From: Chiloscyllium plagiosum
Taxonomy: Eukaryota
Assembly: GCF_004010195.1 (NCBI RefSeq)
Contig: NC_057718.1
Location: forward strand, 71,209,790 to 71,273,789
DNA: 64,000 bases
Direction: 5' to 3'
Each line of letters begins with the position of its first letter. Position 1 is the stretch's first letter. The notes below the pieces were generated by a model that searched no databases, had not been told where the DNA came from, and saw only the letters and a list, made by a program, of their open reading frames with translations. This document shows, one piece after another, positions 1 through 13,900 of the stretch. The translations under genes and the position numbers were made by a program.

Positions 1-147
1 TCAAAAGATACCATGATTCCAGATGCCAGCAAAGCATAACACTAAGTCTGACATCCAGCACATTAAAGTTGATATCACGTTTATCTATATGCATGAATCA
101 TTTTTTCCCCTAAAAACACTTTGCTACAAGGTTATCATTTCACATAC

Positions 148-311
148 TGCTGTGGGTTCCAGCGAAGTGCTGCATATTCTGTGGATGACAAAGACTCTTT
201 AAATTGACTCTCCACCTTCCCTCTACACAGAGATGCCCTAGTGACTCTCCCCTTCCCTATTTTCAATTTAGATGCCAACACCTGCAGAGTTTCTATCCTG
301 GGGTAAGAAAT
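148..311 (-). CDS. Candidate internal exon of unidentified minus-strand host gene (ISYPRIETLQVLASKLKIGKGRVTRASLCRGKVESQFKESLSSTEYAALRWNPQ)
   Basis: Non-repetitive 164 nt bounded on the minus strand by acceptor TTGATTGTTATACAG and donor GTATGT. One frame is open and the other two contain stops. Protein not recognised; could be UTR. Confidence 0.5.
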
Positions 312-363
312 CTGTATAACAATCAAATTTGAAGTCACCACTTCATTTACCAGCTCATCCTTT

Positions 364-671
364 GATTTAGATTACATTTAGATTTAGATTAGATTAGATT
401 ACATTACAGTGTGGAAACAGGCCCTTCGGCCCAACAAGTCCCTACATTTACCCCTTACCCAACACTACGGGCAATTTAGCATGGCCAATTCACCTGACCT
501 GCACAGTTTCTGGACTGTGGGAGGAAACCGGAGTACCCGGAGGAAACCCAGACAGACACGGGGAGAACGTGCAAACTCCACACAGTCAGTCAGTCGCCTG
601 AGGCGGGAATTGAACCCGGGTCTCCGGCGCTGTGAGGCAGCAGTGCTAACCACTGTGCCACCGTGCCGCCC
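364..671 (-). mobile_element. HE1-type tRNA-derived V-SINE
   Basis: Head GGCGGCACGGTGGCACAGTGGTTAGCAC with B box GGTTCAATTCCC, V-domain GTGTGGAGTTTGCACGTTCTCC, (TCTAA)n tail. Confidence 0.9.
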
Positions 672-1810
672 TTTGCTGCCCTCTACCGGAATCAAATTGG
701 TACATAAACATCTTAGACCTACTTAAGCAACTACTAACAATAGCTTTTGATGATAATTGGTGCTTAGGACCCACCACCCACCTCTTCCTGTTTGGAATAA
801 TTAATCCCATGAACGAGTCTGGTAGCTAACCCACTACAGCTACCAGACTGAGCAACCTGCTCTCTGTTCTGTGCCCAGTTCTGGTCTCCCTGATGTATGA
901 AGCTAACAATCGCACAACACCAGATAATAGTCCAACAGGTTTATTTGGAAGCACCAGCTTTCAAAGTGCTGATTTTTTTGTCAGGCGGTTGTGGAGCAGA
1001 ATCATAACACACAGAATTTATATAGCAACAGGATTGTCGCGTCATGGAATGTATTATTAAACAAATTTAGCTTAAGTCTTTCATCTTTTAGAATGGTCGT
1101 GTTAGTGTTGGTTCCTTCATATGTAAATCCCAGAACTGTTGAAAGGTACATTCTCAAGATAGCTTTTAACAATAGGTGTCATCTCAGGTTTAATAATGCA
1201 TTGAAGTTGAGAGGTTTTGGTCGAGGATGAAGCAGATGAGCTGCAGAACGGGGCTTGGAGATTGGCAGTTGTTAGTACTGAGGCTGTTGTCATGATGCTG
1301 TCATTGCGGGGATGCTGGTGTAGAGTGCTGAAACATCCATTGTGACGAGGAATGTTCCTGGTTCGACTGGTATGTGGGTCAAGAATGTGGTGCTGGAAAA
1401 GTACAACAGGACAGGCAGCATCCTAGGAGCAGGAGAATCTACGTTTTGGGCATAAGCCCTTCATCAGGACCGTGGGTGCTGAGTTTCTGCCAGAAATCTG
1501 TAGTGTTGCTGGGGGTCCCCTGGGGGTCCCCTGTACAATGGGTTTCAAGATGCCTTTGACATAACTAGAGACATTCCCACATTGGGTCCCATTGCCTGAT
1601 TCAATAGGGCGCCCTGGTATGTTGGCTTTGTGTATCTTTGGAAAGCAGCAGAAATTTGACCTCAGGAGGCCGACACAAGCTGTAACTGATAGGGTATCCT
1701 TTATTGTCCAGTACGTCCCAGGAGCCGAAAAACTACGCCATATTCTTCACAGCCTGCAACACACTATCAATGAGCATTTCCCAGGCCTCCACTTGTTGCC
1801 TTTAAACAAC

Positions 1811-2281
1811 TGTTAGGTTCTTGTCCCAAGGTTTCACACTAGAGATGCAATGTGCACACACCAACTTCTGCAAACAGTTAAAGTTTATTAAAGCATGAAC
1901 AAGCAAGGTGTTCCCCTTTGACCACCTGCCCACACCCCCTCGCATGTGTGCGAGGTTGAGTCAAAGTGAGTCAAAGTGAACAAAGAAAATACATCCCCTT
2001 TATACAGGTCAGTTGGCCATGTCTCTGAAGCTCTGGCCACTCCCCCAGTCACATGGCACTCAAGACAACTCAGTCACTCACAGTCACATGATACCCCAGG
2101 TATAATGACAGGATTAGCTCATCCTCTGTGATAATGCAAATGCTAATGGAAATTGCTATTCAGACTATTTCCTGACTCAGTGATTCCTCAAGACAATGCG
2201 GGTGTGACATACCTCTGGCCAGTAGCATTTCTGAATGGAGGCAATTCAACAACAGTTCCCATTTAATATTTTAACATTACA
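1811..2281 (-). mobile_element. Solo LTR
   Basis: TG...CA termini, flanks CAAC/CAAT, minus-strand AATAAA and TATA-like motifs; interrupts contiguous Penelope sequence. Confidence 0.65.
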
Positions 2282-2328
2282 CAATCACTAAACGTCAAAC
2301 AGATCATTGTTCGCAGCAAACTACCTGA

Positions 2329-3080
2329 TGTAACAACATGGGGTAAACCCCTCTGCTAATTTAAACCTGACACACAGAGAGGCTCACCTTGCTCCATAAT
2401 CTGGTAAATTGAGAGGCAAAGAACTATCCCAAAGGTCACTATTTAAAAGTAAAAATTAACGATTTTATTCTTTAAATCCAACAGAGAATAATAAAACCAA
2501 CAACTATTTACAACTCCTTTCTCTAAACCTATCTTTTACCTCCCACTCGACAATACTGGTCCAATAAAAATCCCGATTTAAGATTTGTAAAAAAATTCAA
2601 ATTTAGAAATCTGCCAGCTGTCGAACCTTCTTTGTATCTTCTTCTGTAGATTTTTCTCTATCATCTTTGTTCAGTATTCTGCTTCACAGGTCTTTCATAT
2701 GAACAGGTACCTTTCAGACAGCTACTCGGCTATCAGTATATATTTGTTGGTTTCCTTGGTTGTTTTCCCCCAGCTGTTGAAAATGTCTGGTTCGATACCC
2801 CAAAACATTGGATTATTTCATGAGCTTTAATGTTGCCAAAACACTAAATTCAAATTTGACCAATCAGTTTAAATTATGTCCCAAGATATCAAAATCCAAT
2901 CAAATTTGGCATTTTGATATCTTGGGACATAATTTAAACTGATTGGTCAAATTTGAATTTATTTTTGTATCATGGCAACTCAGCTACACTATTGGTTTCA
3001 AAGTAAAATGTTACATTTTAACTTTTTTCAGTATGCTCTGTGCCAACCTCCAGTCTCTCAAAGGTACAGATCACGTAACA
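2329..3080 (-). mobile_element. Solo LTR (same family as 56988-57449 and about 59925-61977)
   Basis: TGTAACA...GTAACA termini; homologous 3' ends and internal AAATTCAAATTT segment shared with the other copies. Confidence 0.7.
2845..2961. repeat. Perfect 51-bp inverted repeat with 15-nt loop
   Basis: 2845-2895 is the exact reverse complement of 2911-2961. Confidence 0.95.
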
Positions 3081-3629
3081 CGAGGCTTCAGGGCAACACC
3101 ATACAACCCTGTCCAGGCAGGTGCTGCAAGATGTGCCAGAGTGTTGACACTGATACCACCATTACATGTAGGTACACCACCCACCATGTATGCAGCAGGT
3201 ACTCACGTGACTCGGCCAATGTAGTCTATCTCATACCCTCTAGACAAGGATGCCCTGAAGCATGGTACATTGGCGAGACCAAGCAGAGGCTATGGCATGG
3301 ACGATTGGACACCACACAACAACCACCAGACAGGAGTGTTCACTCCCAGTTGGGGAATACTTCAGCAGTCCAGGACATTCAACCTCAGACCTTCAAGTGA
3401 CCATCCTGTAAGGCGGACTTCGAGACAAACAACAACGCAAAGTGGTCAAGCAGAGGCTGATAGCCAAGTTCAGTACCCATGTGGATGGCCTCAACCGGGA
3501 CCTTGGGTTCATGTCACATTACAGCTGACCACACTGCACTATACACTCACACGCGTGCACGTACACACACACATACTCCTACAGACCCACATACTCACAC
3601 AGACCCTCTCTCACACATACACTCACAAA

Positions 3630-4700
3630 TTGGGCAGAGAGATTTGGGAGTGCAGGTCCATTGTACCCTGAAGATTGCTGCACAGGTGGATAGAGTGGTC
3701 AAGAAGGCATATGGTATGCTTGCCTTCATTGGACAGGGTATTGAGTATAAGAGCTGACAAGTCATGTTAAAATTGTACATGACATTGGTTCGGCTGCATT
3801 TAGAATACTGTGTACAGTTCTGGTCGCCACATTACACCAAAAGGATGTGGACGCTTTGGAGAGGGTGCAGAGAAGGTTTACAAGGATGTTGCATGGTATG
3901 GAAGGTGCTAGCTATGAAGAAAGGTTGAGTAGGTTAGGGTTGTTTTCATTAGAAAAAAGGAGATTGAGGGGGGAACCTGACTGAGGTTTACAAAATCATG
4001 AAGGGTATAGACAGGGTGGATAGAGACAAGCTTTTTCCCAGGGTGAAGGATTCAATAATGAGAGGTCATGCTTTCAAGGTGAGAGATGGAAAGTTTAAGG
4101 GGGATACACACAGCAAGTACTCCACACAGAGGGTGGTGGGCATTTGGAACGCTTTGCCAGCAGAGGTGGTAGAGGCAGGCACTGCAGATTCATTTCAGAT
4201 GCATCTGAACAAATGCATGAGTAGGTGGGGAGCAGAAGGATACAGATGCTTTTGAGGTTTACAAAATTATGAGGGGCACAGATAGGATAAATAGGCAAAC
4301 ACCTGGGGTCGGGGAGTCCAGAACTAGAGGGCATTGGTTTAGGGCAAGAGGAGAAAGATATAAAAGAGACCTAAGGGGCAACTTTTCCACGCAGAGGATG
4401 GTGCGTGTATGGATTGAGCTGCCAGAGGAAGTGGTAGAGGCTGGTACAATTGCAACATTTAAGAGGCATTTGGATGGTTATATGAATAGGAAGGGTTTGG
4501 AGGAATATGGGCCGGGTGCTGGCAGGTGGGACTATATTGGGTTAGGATATCTGGTCAGCATGGACGGGTTGGACCAAAGGGTCTGTTTCCATGCTGCACA
4601 TCTCTATGACTCTATAACAGGTTTACACAGTACATTTGGATCGGCTCAGGCTTGGAGGGCCGAAGGGCCTGTACCTGGGCTGTAAATTTTCTTTGTTCTA
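3630..4700 (+). mobile_element. CR1-clade LINE 3' fragments (one nested in another)
   Basis: RT C-terminal motifs QRDLGVQVH, LEYCVQFWSP, TQRVV-WN-LP; 3' UTR ends at about 4617 and about 4700. Confidence 0.9.
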
Positions 4701-5229
4701 TATACCCCCACACTCATACACACACCCTCTCACAGACTTATACCCCATCACACTTTCACACATACATACACACAAGTTTGTGGAGTGAATTTGTACTTGC
4801 AGAATTACATTTTATTTTACTCAAAAACTGCATAAATCCATGTAAGATTCTGTAAATCCCACTTTAGAAATAGAATCAGTCTGACCTCACACTAGGACAC
4901 AGAGACTTCAACCTCACACCTTCAATGCATTATCTGAGCTGAGGTGTTAAAGCTATCTTGAGAATGTAACTTTAAAAAAGTTCTGGGATTTACATCTGAA
5001 TGAACCAGAAAGATGAAGCTAAATTTGTTTAATATTACATTCCATGAGACTGCAATCCTGTTGCTATAAATTCTGTGTCTCATGATTCTGCTCCACAATC
5101 ACCGAAGAAGCAGCGTTTTGAAGGCTAGTGCTTCCAAATAAACCTGTTGGACTATAACCTGGTGTTGTGAGATTTTTAATTTTGCCCACCCCAGTCCAAC
5201 ACCGGCACCTCTAAATCCTGATATTAAGA

Positions 5230-6010
5230 CTGATATTAATCTGGAGAGGGATCAGAAGGGATTTACCAGGACGTTGCCAGGAATGGAGAGATTGAGATTA
5301 GATTAGATTCTACAGTGTGGAAACAGGCCCTTCAACACAACAAGTCCACACTGCCCCTCCGAAGAGAAACCCACCCAAACCCATTCCCCTACCCTATATT
5401 TACCCCTGACTAACACATGTAACACTGTGGGCAATTTAGCATGGCCAATTCACCTGACCTGCACATCTTTGGATTGTCGGAGGAAACCCACCCAGACACA
5501 GGGAAATTGTGCAAACTCCACACAGACAGTTGCCGAGGCGGGAATTGAACCCGGGTCTCTGGCGCTGTGAGACAGCAGTGCTAACCACGGTGCCACCATG
5601 CCGCCTTGAGTTACAGGAGAGGCTGGATAGGCTGGACATTTTTTTTTACTGGAGCATAGGAAGTTAACAGGTGACCTTATAAAGGCTTATAAATAAAATG
5701 AATGGCACGTGTCTTTTCCATAGGGAAGAGGATTTCAAGACTAGGGGCATATTTTTAAGATGGGAAGAGAAAGGTTTTAAAAAAAAAACACATTGGGACA
5801 TTTCTATTTTGTGCGGAATGAATTTCCAGAGGAAGTGATAGATCTCAGCACCATCACAACATTTAGAAGACATTTAGATAAATACACAAATAAGAAATGT
5901 TCAGAGGGATATGGGCCAAGATAGGCAGGTGGGACTAATCTAGTTTGGGATTATCATCGGCAAAGACTGGTTGGACCATGAGGTCTGTTTCCATGCTGCT
6001 TGACTCTATT
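5230..6010 (+). mobile_element. CR1 LINE 3' end with HE1-type SINE inserted on the minus strand (5291-5605)
   Basis: CR1 C-terminal and 3' UTR similarity; full SINE head, V-domain and tail. Confidence 0.85.
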
Positions 6011-6169
6011 AGCTTCCACAGTTTGTCACTATTTTTCAGAGGTGGAAGAGCTTATGACCCCAAATGCCGAGATCCCTCTTAGGAAACCCTGAACTCACAC
6101 ACTTAGAACCCTTATCCATGCAACATGGAATTTAATTCCATCCTTTCACAAATCCCATATCCTTAACCT

Positions 6170-9100
6170 CCTTCCTTGCTCAGTATTGCCTTTCTATATT
6201 CCTTAACTTAATTAATCACCTCTCACTTATCTGGAATAAATTTTGTCTGCCACTTGGCTCTCCATTCTACCAGCTTGTTTAGGTCTTATCAAACTTCATT
6301 GTTATCACCCTGACTGTTTGCCACTCATGTAAGTTGGGTATCAAAGAACAAAGAACAGTATAGCACAGAAACAGGACCCTTCAGCCCATCAAAACTGCAC
6401 ACCATTCCCTGCCTGTTCATTTATCTCTCAAGATGCATCTTAAACGCTGCTATTGAATCTGCCTCCACAACCTCCTCCGGCAGCTCATTCCAGGCACTTA
6501 CCACCATCTGTGCAAAATAAAACTTGCCTCTCACGTCTCCTTTAAATTTACCCCCATTTACCTTAAACATATGTCCCCAAGTAATGGGAAAAAAGACCCT
6601 GACTATCAATTCTATCTATGCTGCTCATAATTTTGTAATCTTCTATCAGGTGGATCAATAGATATGGAGTTGGAAAAGCATATCAGATCAGCCAGCATCA
6701 GAGGAGCAACAAAGTCAATGTTTCAAGCCAAAACCCTTCATCAGGACTAGCATCTGCAGTCCCTACCGTGTCCAAATCAGGTGGCCCTAATCCTTCAACA
6801 TTTCCGAGACTCAGCATCCACCATGTCCTTCTCCTTTGTGAATACTGATGCTAAGTATTCATTAAAGGCCTCAGTTACTTCCTCCAGCTCCATGCATAAA
6901 TCCTCTCCTTTGACCTTGAATGGATCTATCCTTTCCCTAGCTATGTTCTTGCTCCTTATGCATAAAACGCCTTGCGGTTTTCCTTAATTCAAAGTTATTT
7001 CATGGCCCCTTTTAGCACTCCTAATTTCTTGTTTGAATACTTTCAATAAATCAAGTTTGTCCAATCTCTCCTCATAGCTAACATGCTCCAAACTGGTAAA
7101 CCATTGACCAGTTTTCTCTAACCACTTCTGTATCCTCTCCAAATCTTCCCCATCCTCTGGTAGCATAGCGACCTGAAGAGCACACAGTTTTCCACAAACG
7201 TAACCTCAATAAAGCTGAATATAGCTGGTTGCCATGCTACCAATTTTTATACTCTATGCCCTTAAAAATTAAGGCAAGCATGCCATTGGTCTTCTTGACC
7301 ACCTTATACACTTTCAGAGAACTGAGGACATAGATATCTCTGGATGTTAACACTTCTAAGGGTTCTGCCATTTACTGTATACTTCACTCCTGCATTAGAT
7401 CTTACAAAGCTATGGGGAGAGGCTGAACAGGCTGGGGCTGTTTTCCCTGGAGCGCCGGAAGCTGAGGGGTGACCTTGTAGATGTTTACAAAATTATGAGG
7501 GGCATGAATAGGATAAATAGACAAAAGTCTTTTCCTAGGGGTCGGGGAGTCCAGAACTAGAGGGCATAGGTTTAGGGCGAGAGGGGAAAGATATAAAAGA
7601 GACCTAAGGAACAACGTTTTCACGCAGAGGGTGGTACGGGTATGGAATGAGCTGCCAGAGGAAGTGGTGTAGGCTGGTACAATTGCAACATTTAAGAGGC
7701 ATTTGGATGGGTATATGAATAGGAAGGGTTTGGAGGGATATGGACCGGGTGCTGGCAGGTGGGACTAAATTGAGTTGGGATATCTAGTCGGCATGGACCG
7801 AAGGGTCTGTTTCCATGCTGTACATCTCTATGACTCTATTTGTCCAGTTGAAACTCCATCTGGCTTTTCTCCATCCGAGTCACCAAGTTATCTATACCTT
7901 GGCGTATTATCTTGCAATCCTCCTCACTAAATGCAGCTCTCCCAGTCTTGTGTATCATCCACAAACTTATTAATCAAGCCACAAATATGCTCCTACAAAT
8001 CATTTATACATATTATAAACAACAGGGATCCCAGCACTGCTCCCGACAGAACACAACTGGTCACAGATTTCCAATCTGAAAAACATCTTTGCACTACTAC
8101 TCTTCTTCCATGACTAAGCCAGTTCTGCATCCATCTTACTAGCTCACTGCGGATACCAAGCAACTTCACCTTTTGTCTGCCACGAAGAAGCTATCAAAGA
8201 CTTTGCTAAAGTCCATATGAACACCTACTGCCCTGCACTTTGACACTTTCTCAAAAAACTCAAATCAAGTTTGAGAGACAATCTTCCCCACAAAAGCCAG
8301 GCTGCCAATAGCTAATAAGTCCATGTTTCTAAATGTGAGTAAATCCTACCTATAAGAAGCTTCGCGAATGATTTCCTTACAACTGACACAGGGCTCACCG
8401 GCCTGCAATGTCCTGAATTATCCCTGTTACCCTTCTCACATTGATTACTTTCCAGCCCTCTGGCACTTCTCATGACTAAAGAGGATGCAAAGATTTCATA
8501 CAAAGCCCCAGCAATTTTCTAACCTGTCTCAATCAGCATTTTGGGACAGATCCCATCAAATCTTGGGGGCTTATTGACCTTGCTGCTTTTTAAAACACCC
8601 TATAGTCCCTCCTTTTTGATTTTAATATGCTCCAGAATATTAACATATCCCTCCCAAGACTCACCACCCACTGACCCCTTCTCCTTTGTGAATACCAATG
8701 ACATGTATTCATTAAGGAATCCAGCACTTCCTCCAGCTCCACACAAGTTGCTTTCCCTACCTATACCCTTGCTCCTTATAAAACACAAAATGCCTTGGTA
8801 TTTTTCTGAATCCTGTTTGCCAAATACATTTCACAGCACCTTTTAGCCCTCCTAATTCATTCCTGGAGTACTTTTCTGCCATCTTTCTATTCTTTGATGG
8901 CTCTCTGTCTTCACTTTCCTGAACACTGCATATGGTTGTATTTTCTTTGAGACTTAGCCCTCAATTTCACTTGTCATCCAAGGTTCCTGAATCTTGCCAT
9001 CCTTATCTTTCATTTTCAGAGAAACTTGCTGGTGTTGAACTCTAATCAAAAAAGACATTAAAAGTTTCCCACATGACAGATGTGGATTCATACTCAAACA

Positions 9101-9800
9101 GCCACCCCTAAACTACATTCCCCTGTTCCTGCCTAATACTGTGATTGCTAGCCTTCCCCAAATTTAGTACTTTCACCCAAGGACTACACTTTATCCTTAC
9201 CAGAACTTACAACTTACAAACTTATGGTCACTGAGCCTGAAATGAACTTTGGTCACCTAGCCGGACTCATTTCCCAATACTAGGTCTAGTATGGTCCCTT
9301 GCCTAGTTGGAATATTTACATATTGTTTCAAAAAAACCAGTCTTGTATGCACCTAACCAATTCCTCCACTCAAACCGCTGGCGCAAAGCGAATCCCAGTC
9401 AACATAGAGGGAGTTCAAATCACCCACAACAATTTTGTTGTTTTCATATTTTTCCATAAGCATATTCATTCATCTCTCACCTACTGGCTCTGGAAGAACT
9501 GAAGTGCAATCCCAAGGTAACTACATCCTTCCTACTCCTGAGATCTACCCACCTGGCCACGATAGATGAGCCATCCAAGGTGTCCTCCCAATACAACTGA
9601 TATTCTCTCTTAGCAGCAAGACAACTCCCCCACCTGTTTTATGTCCCTTTCTATCTCGCCTGAAATATCTAAATATTGGAATGTTAAGCTGCCAGACCCT
9701 CTCTCAACCAAATCTCTCTAATGAAGATATCATAGTTTTACATTTTAATCCACAATAACGACATCATAGTTATACATATTAATCCACTATCAAGTATCAA
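6170..9800 (-). mobile_element. Degraded CR1 LINE ORF2 fragments, with a younger plus-strand CR1 3' end at about 7402-7840
   Basis: Endonuclease and RT fragments (e.g. LNEYMSLVFTKEK, RPVSPVSVV); 7402-7840 closely matches other young CR1 3' ends. Confidence 0.8.
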
Positions 9801-10924
9801 ACTTTGAAACTTTCCCAAGTATTCCAAAATCCAAGGGACAATGAATCATAATCAGAATAAGTCAAATTTAGATTAACATGAAATGTCACTTATGTCAAAG
9901 GAGTCAATCATTACTGCATTCAGATAAGCCCCATAGAACAATGCCTATAATAGCCCAAAATTCTGCACAACTACCCTGCACTGTATGGAAATACAGAAAA
10001 AGGATGATGATAAATCGCTAGACTTGCTGAGCCATTATATTTAGTCAACTTAGAATTAAAGTTTAATTCAGCAACTAATATCAAACAAGCTGTCAGCTGT
10101 AACACATATTGGAATATCCAGCATTCCTAGCTTAAAGTGTAACCACAATGAGGGTGACACCAAACATCGAAATATAACAAAGGTGCCAATGGAATGATAG
10201 TCCCCACAAAACAATGTTACCCAAAGAATGTTAGTTGGATAACATTGTTCCTCTTATTGACCAGAAGGGAATAACAATACTGAGGAGTCAGTTAAAGGTG
10301 GTAAATTCTGCATTATGATGCAAGCCACTTTAATCACACTAAGGAAGAACTATCACACATGGTCATATGGAACTTGTTTATGTGAGTGCTTAAAAATGCT
10401 GCTGTAACTGATGACCATTGGAGTTGCTTGCCTAGCCTGTGTCTTGGCACTCTCCCATTATATACAATTAAAATAAATGCTGCAATCTGATGGTCATGTA
10501 TCCTGTATGCATGAGTTAACAGTCAAACTTGGAGTGGAAATTTTGAAAACTACCTAAGCTGGTCATGTAATCATGCTGATCACTCAATGGAGTTGAACAC
10601 AGGGACGTGAATTTATGGAGCATGAGGTAAGCCATCATGAGGAGCCTGTGAAAAGACATGCAAAACCTGCAAGTATGAGTAAACCTGAGAGAAAGTTAAA
10701 AGTCAGAGAACAACGTAAAATCATCGCACAAAGTGGAGAACATATTGTGAAGACATGGGACATTTCACCATTAGGTTTGTCCATCATTTTGAAACACAAG
10801 CCAAAATCTTGGACCAGTTCAACAAACAAGCATTCTCTCCAGCAAGGAAAAGGAAGAGAATGGCGCCAATCTCAATACTGCAACAAGTTCTGTTCAACAT
10901 GTTCCAAGGCAACTTGAGCAAAGA

Positions 10925-13900
10925 ACATTCCCACCTCTAATAAAGGAAAGCACACCAAATGCCATCATCACTATTCTATCTACCTGCGACTCTACTTTCA
11001 AGGAACTATGAACCTGGATTCCAAGGTGTCTTTGTTCAGTAATACTCCCCAGGACCTCACCATTAAATGTATACGTTATGCCCTGACTTACCTTTCCAAA
11101 ATGCAGCACATCTAAATTAAACTCCATCTGCCACTTCTCAGCCCATTGGCCCATCTGATCAAGATCCCGTTGTAATAAGGTAACCTTCTTTGCAATCCAC
11201 TACACCTTCAATTTTGGTGTCAGCTGCAAACTTACTAACTATACCTCTTATGCTCACATCCAAATCATTTGTATAAATGACGAAAAATAGTGGACCCAGC
11301 ACTGATCCTTGTGGCACACCGCTGGTCAGTCTGAAGAGCAAACGTCCACTACCACCTTTGTTGTTTTTTACCTTTGCTACCTTATTCAAGTGGCTAATTC
11401 TCCCTGTATTCTATGTCATCTAACCTTGTTAATCAGTCTCCCATGAGGAACCTTGTCTAATGCCTTACTGAAGTCCATATAGACCACATCCACCGCTCTG
11501 CCCTCATCAATCCTCTTTGTTACTTCTTCAATAAACTTAATCAAGGACTTGCCCACCACCAACGTCAGACTCACTGGTCTATAGTTCCCTGGCTTTTCCT
11601 TACCACCTTTCTTCAATATTAGCACTATGTTAGCCAACCTTCAGTCTTCTGATACCTCACCTGTGGCTATCAATGGTACAAATATCTCAGCAAGGGGCCG
11701 AACAATCACTTCCCAAGCTTACTATAGAGTTTCGCTGTACACCTGATTGGGTCTCAGGGATTTATCCACCTTTATCCATTTTAAAATGTCCAGTACCACC
11801 TCCTCTGCAAAATGGACATCTTTCAACATGTCACTATTTATTTCCCCAAGTTCTGTAATCTCCACGTCCTTCGCCATAGTAAACACGGATGCAAAATACT
11901 TGTTTAGGAGCTCCCCCATCTCCTGCGGTTCCATACATAGGCAGCCTTGCTGATTTTAAAGAGGCCGTATTCTCTCCCTAGTTGTTCTTTTGTCCTAAAT
12001 GTCTTTGTAGAACCCCTTTGGATTCTCCTTGGCCCTATTTTTCAAAGCGACCTCATGTCTCCTTTTTGTCCTCCTGATTTCCCCAAGTGTATTCCCATTG
12101 CCTTTAAACTCTAAGGATTCGCTCAATCTCTGCTGTCTATGACACACACTTTCTTCTTTTTCTTGACCAAAACCTCAATTTCTCTACTCACCCAGTATTT
12201 CATCTTTCACCCTTACAGGTACATACTGTTTCTGGACTCTCATTACCTCATTTTTGAAGGCTTCCCATTTTCTAGCCATCCCTTTGACATCCTGTTTATC
12301 ACCCAACCCCCCCCACCCTTCAGTCAAAGCAAAACGCACAGAGACACAGTACGGCTTTACCTCAATCTTTATTCCGGGCCCTGGAGGGAGAGAGAATGAT
12401 CCACCGTGTGCACAGAGACATGAGTTCTTGGTCTTCTCTCGAACAAGTTTCTTAATGAACTGTATAGTCATTTTACAGGGAGGAGCATCCACATAAGACA
12501 ACATACATATTAATTGGGTGACCGTTATAATCAGCCAGTGTCAATAGTAGAGTAGTGAGATTAAGCCTTCTACTGTTATACAATTAATGCTCTTAACCTT
12601 GTCAACTGACCTTACAAACAGAATGTTTCCAATATTGTTAAATGGCTCTACAAAATGACTGTTTTTCCACCTTGTTAATCCATTACCTCCAACACCCCAT
12701 TATTAACTGTAAGTTCTTATCTGATCTGAGTTGTGCTCAGCTGAACCTCTTGTTTCACAAAATTCAGAACTTAACTCTTTCCCTACCTGCTCATACCCTG
12801 TACACATTCTCACCTTGACCTGTGAAAATCTACTCCCAATCAAATTTTGAAAGTTCTTGCCTAATTCTTTCAAAATTGGCTTTCCTCCAATGTAGAACTT
12901 GAACGTCTGGATCCAATCTATCCTTTACTGTCACTACTTTAAAATTAATACAGTTATGATCACTGGCCAGAGACTATTCATCTATTGGCACCTCAGTCAC
13001 CTGCCCTGCCTTATTTCCCAAGAGTAGATCAATTCTTGGCACCTTCTCCAGGAGGTACATCCACATACTGAATCAGAAAACTTTCTTGTACACACTTAAA
13101 TTCCTCTCCATTGAAACTCATAACACTATGGCCGTCCTACTATGTTTGGAAAGTCAAAATCCCCTATCATAACTACCCTGTTATTCTTACTGATAACTGA
13201 GATCTTACAAATTTGTTTCTCAATTTCTTGCTAACTATTGCTGAGTCTATAGTACAATCCCAATGAGTTGACCATCCCTTTCTTATTTCTCAGTTTCACA
13301 TAAATAACACCCCTGGTCATTTCCCAGGAATATCTTCAAAATACCGCTGTAATATTATCGCAGAATAAAAACACCACTACCCCTCCATTTTCACCCCCCT
13401 CCCCCACTGTGATCTATCCATTCAATGAAACTATACCCTGGAACACTAAGCTGTTAGTCCTAACTGTCCCTGAACCAAGTCTCTGAAGCTGCTATGATAT
13501 CCAAGTCCCATGTTCCCAACCATGCCCTGCGTTCATTTGCCTTACCTAGAAGGCCTCTTACACTGAAATAAACTTAGTTTGATTTACAAGTCCTACCTCA
13601 TTCTCTGCCATGTTCCTGCCTGCCCTGACTGTTTGACTTGCTCCTTTTCCCAACTGTACCAGTCTCAGACTGATCTCTTTCCTCCTTATCTCTCTGGATT
13701 CCACCAACTCCCCAACCTTACACGAGCTTAACCCCTTCCCTGGTGACTTTTTTTTGGAGAAAACGTTTCATTTTCAGACAAGTTTTTTTCTTGCTTTTTT
13801 TTTATAGTATTTTTAATGCTGATTATGGAAATAACTTATTAGAGGAGCTTGCACTCTCATCTGATGTATCCAAGCTTCTAACAGAAGGTACATACTCATT

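Larger units (their letters stand above)
905..5220 (+). mobile_element. Penelope-like element with inverted 5' pseudo-LTR, interrupted by two solo LTRs and CR1 fragments
   Basis: GIY-YIG remnant NVVYLIPSRQGCPEAWYIGETKQRL at about 3220-3290. 905-1200 is the reverse complement of about 4920-5190. Inverted RT fragment at 1230-1670. Confidence 0.8.

Noticed and set aside
590..671. tRNA genes at SINE heads
   Set aside because: The A and B boxes continue into the V-domain and LINE-like tail, so these are SINEs
816..849. 12-bp hairpin AGTCTGGTAGCT/AGCTACCAGACT
   Set aside because: Short and isolated, with no supporting context
10560..10917. Coding exon or ORF in the unique region near 10.6-10.9 kb
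   Set aside because: No recognisable protein and no convincing acceptor/donor pair
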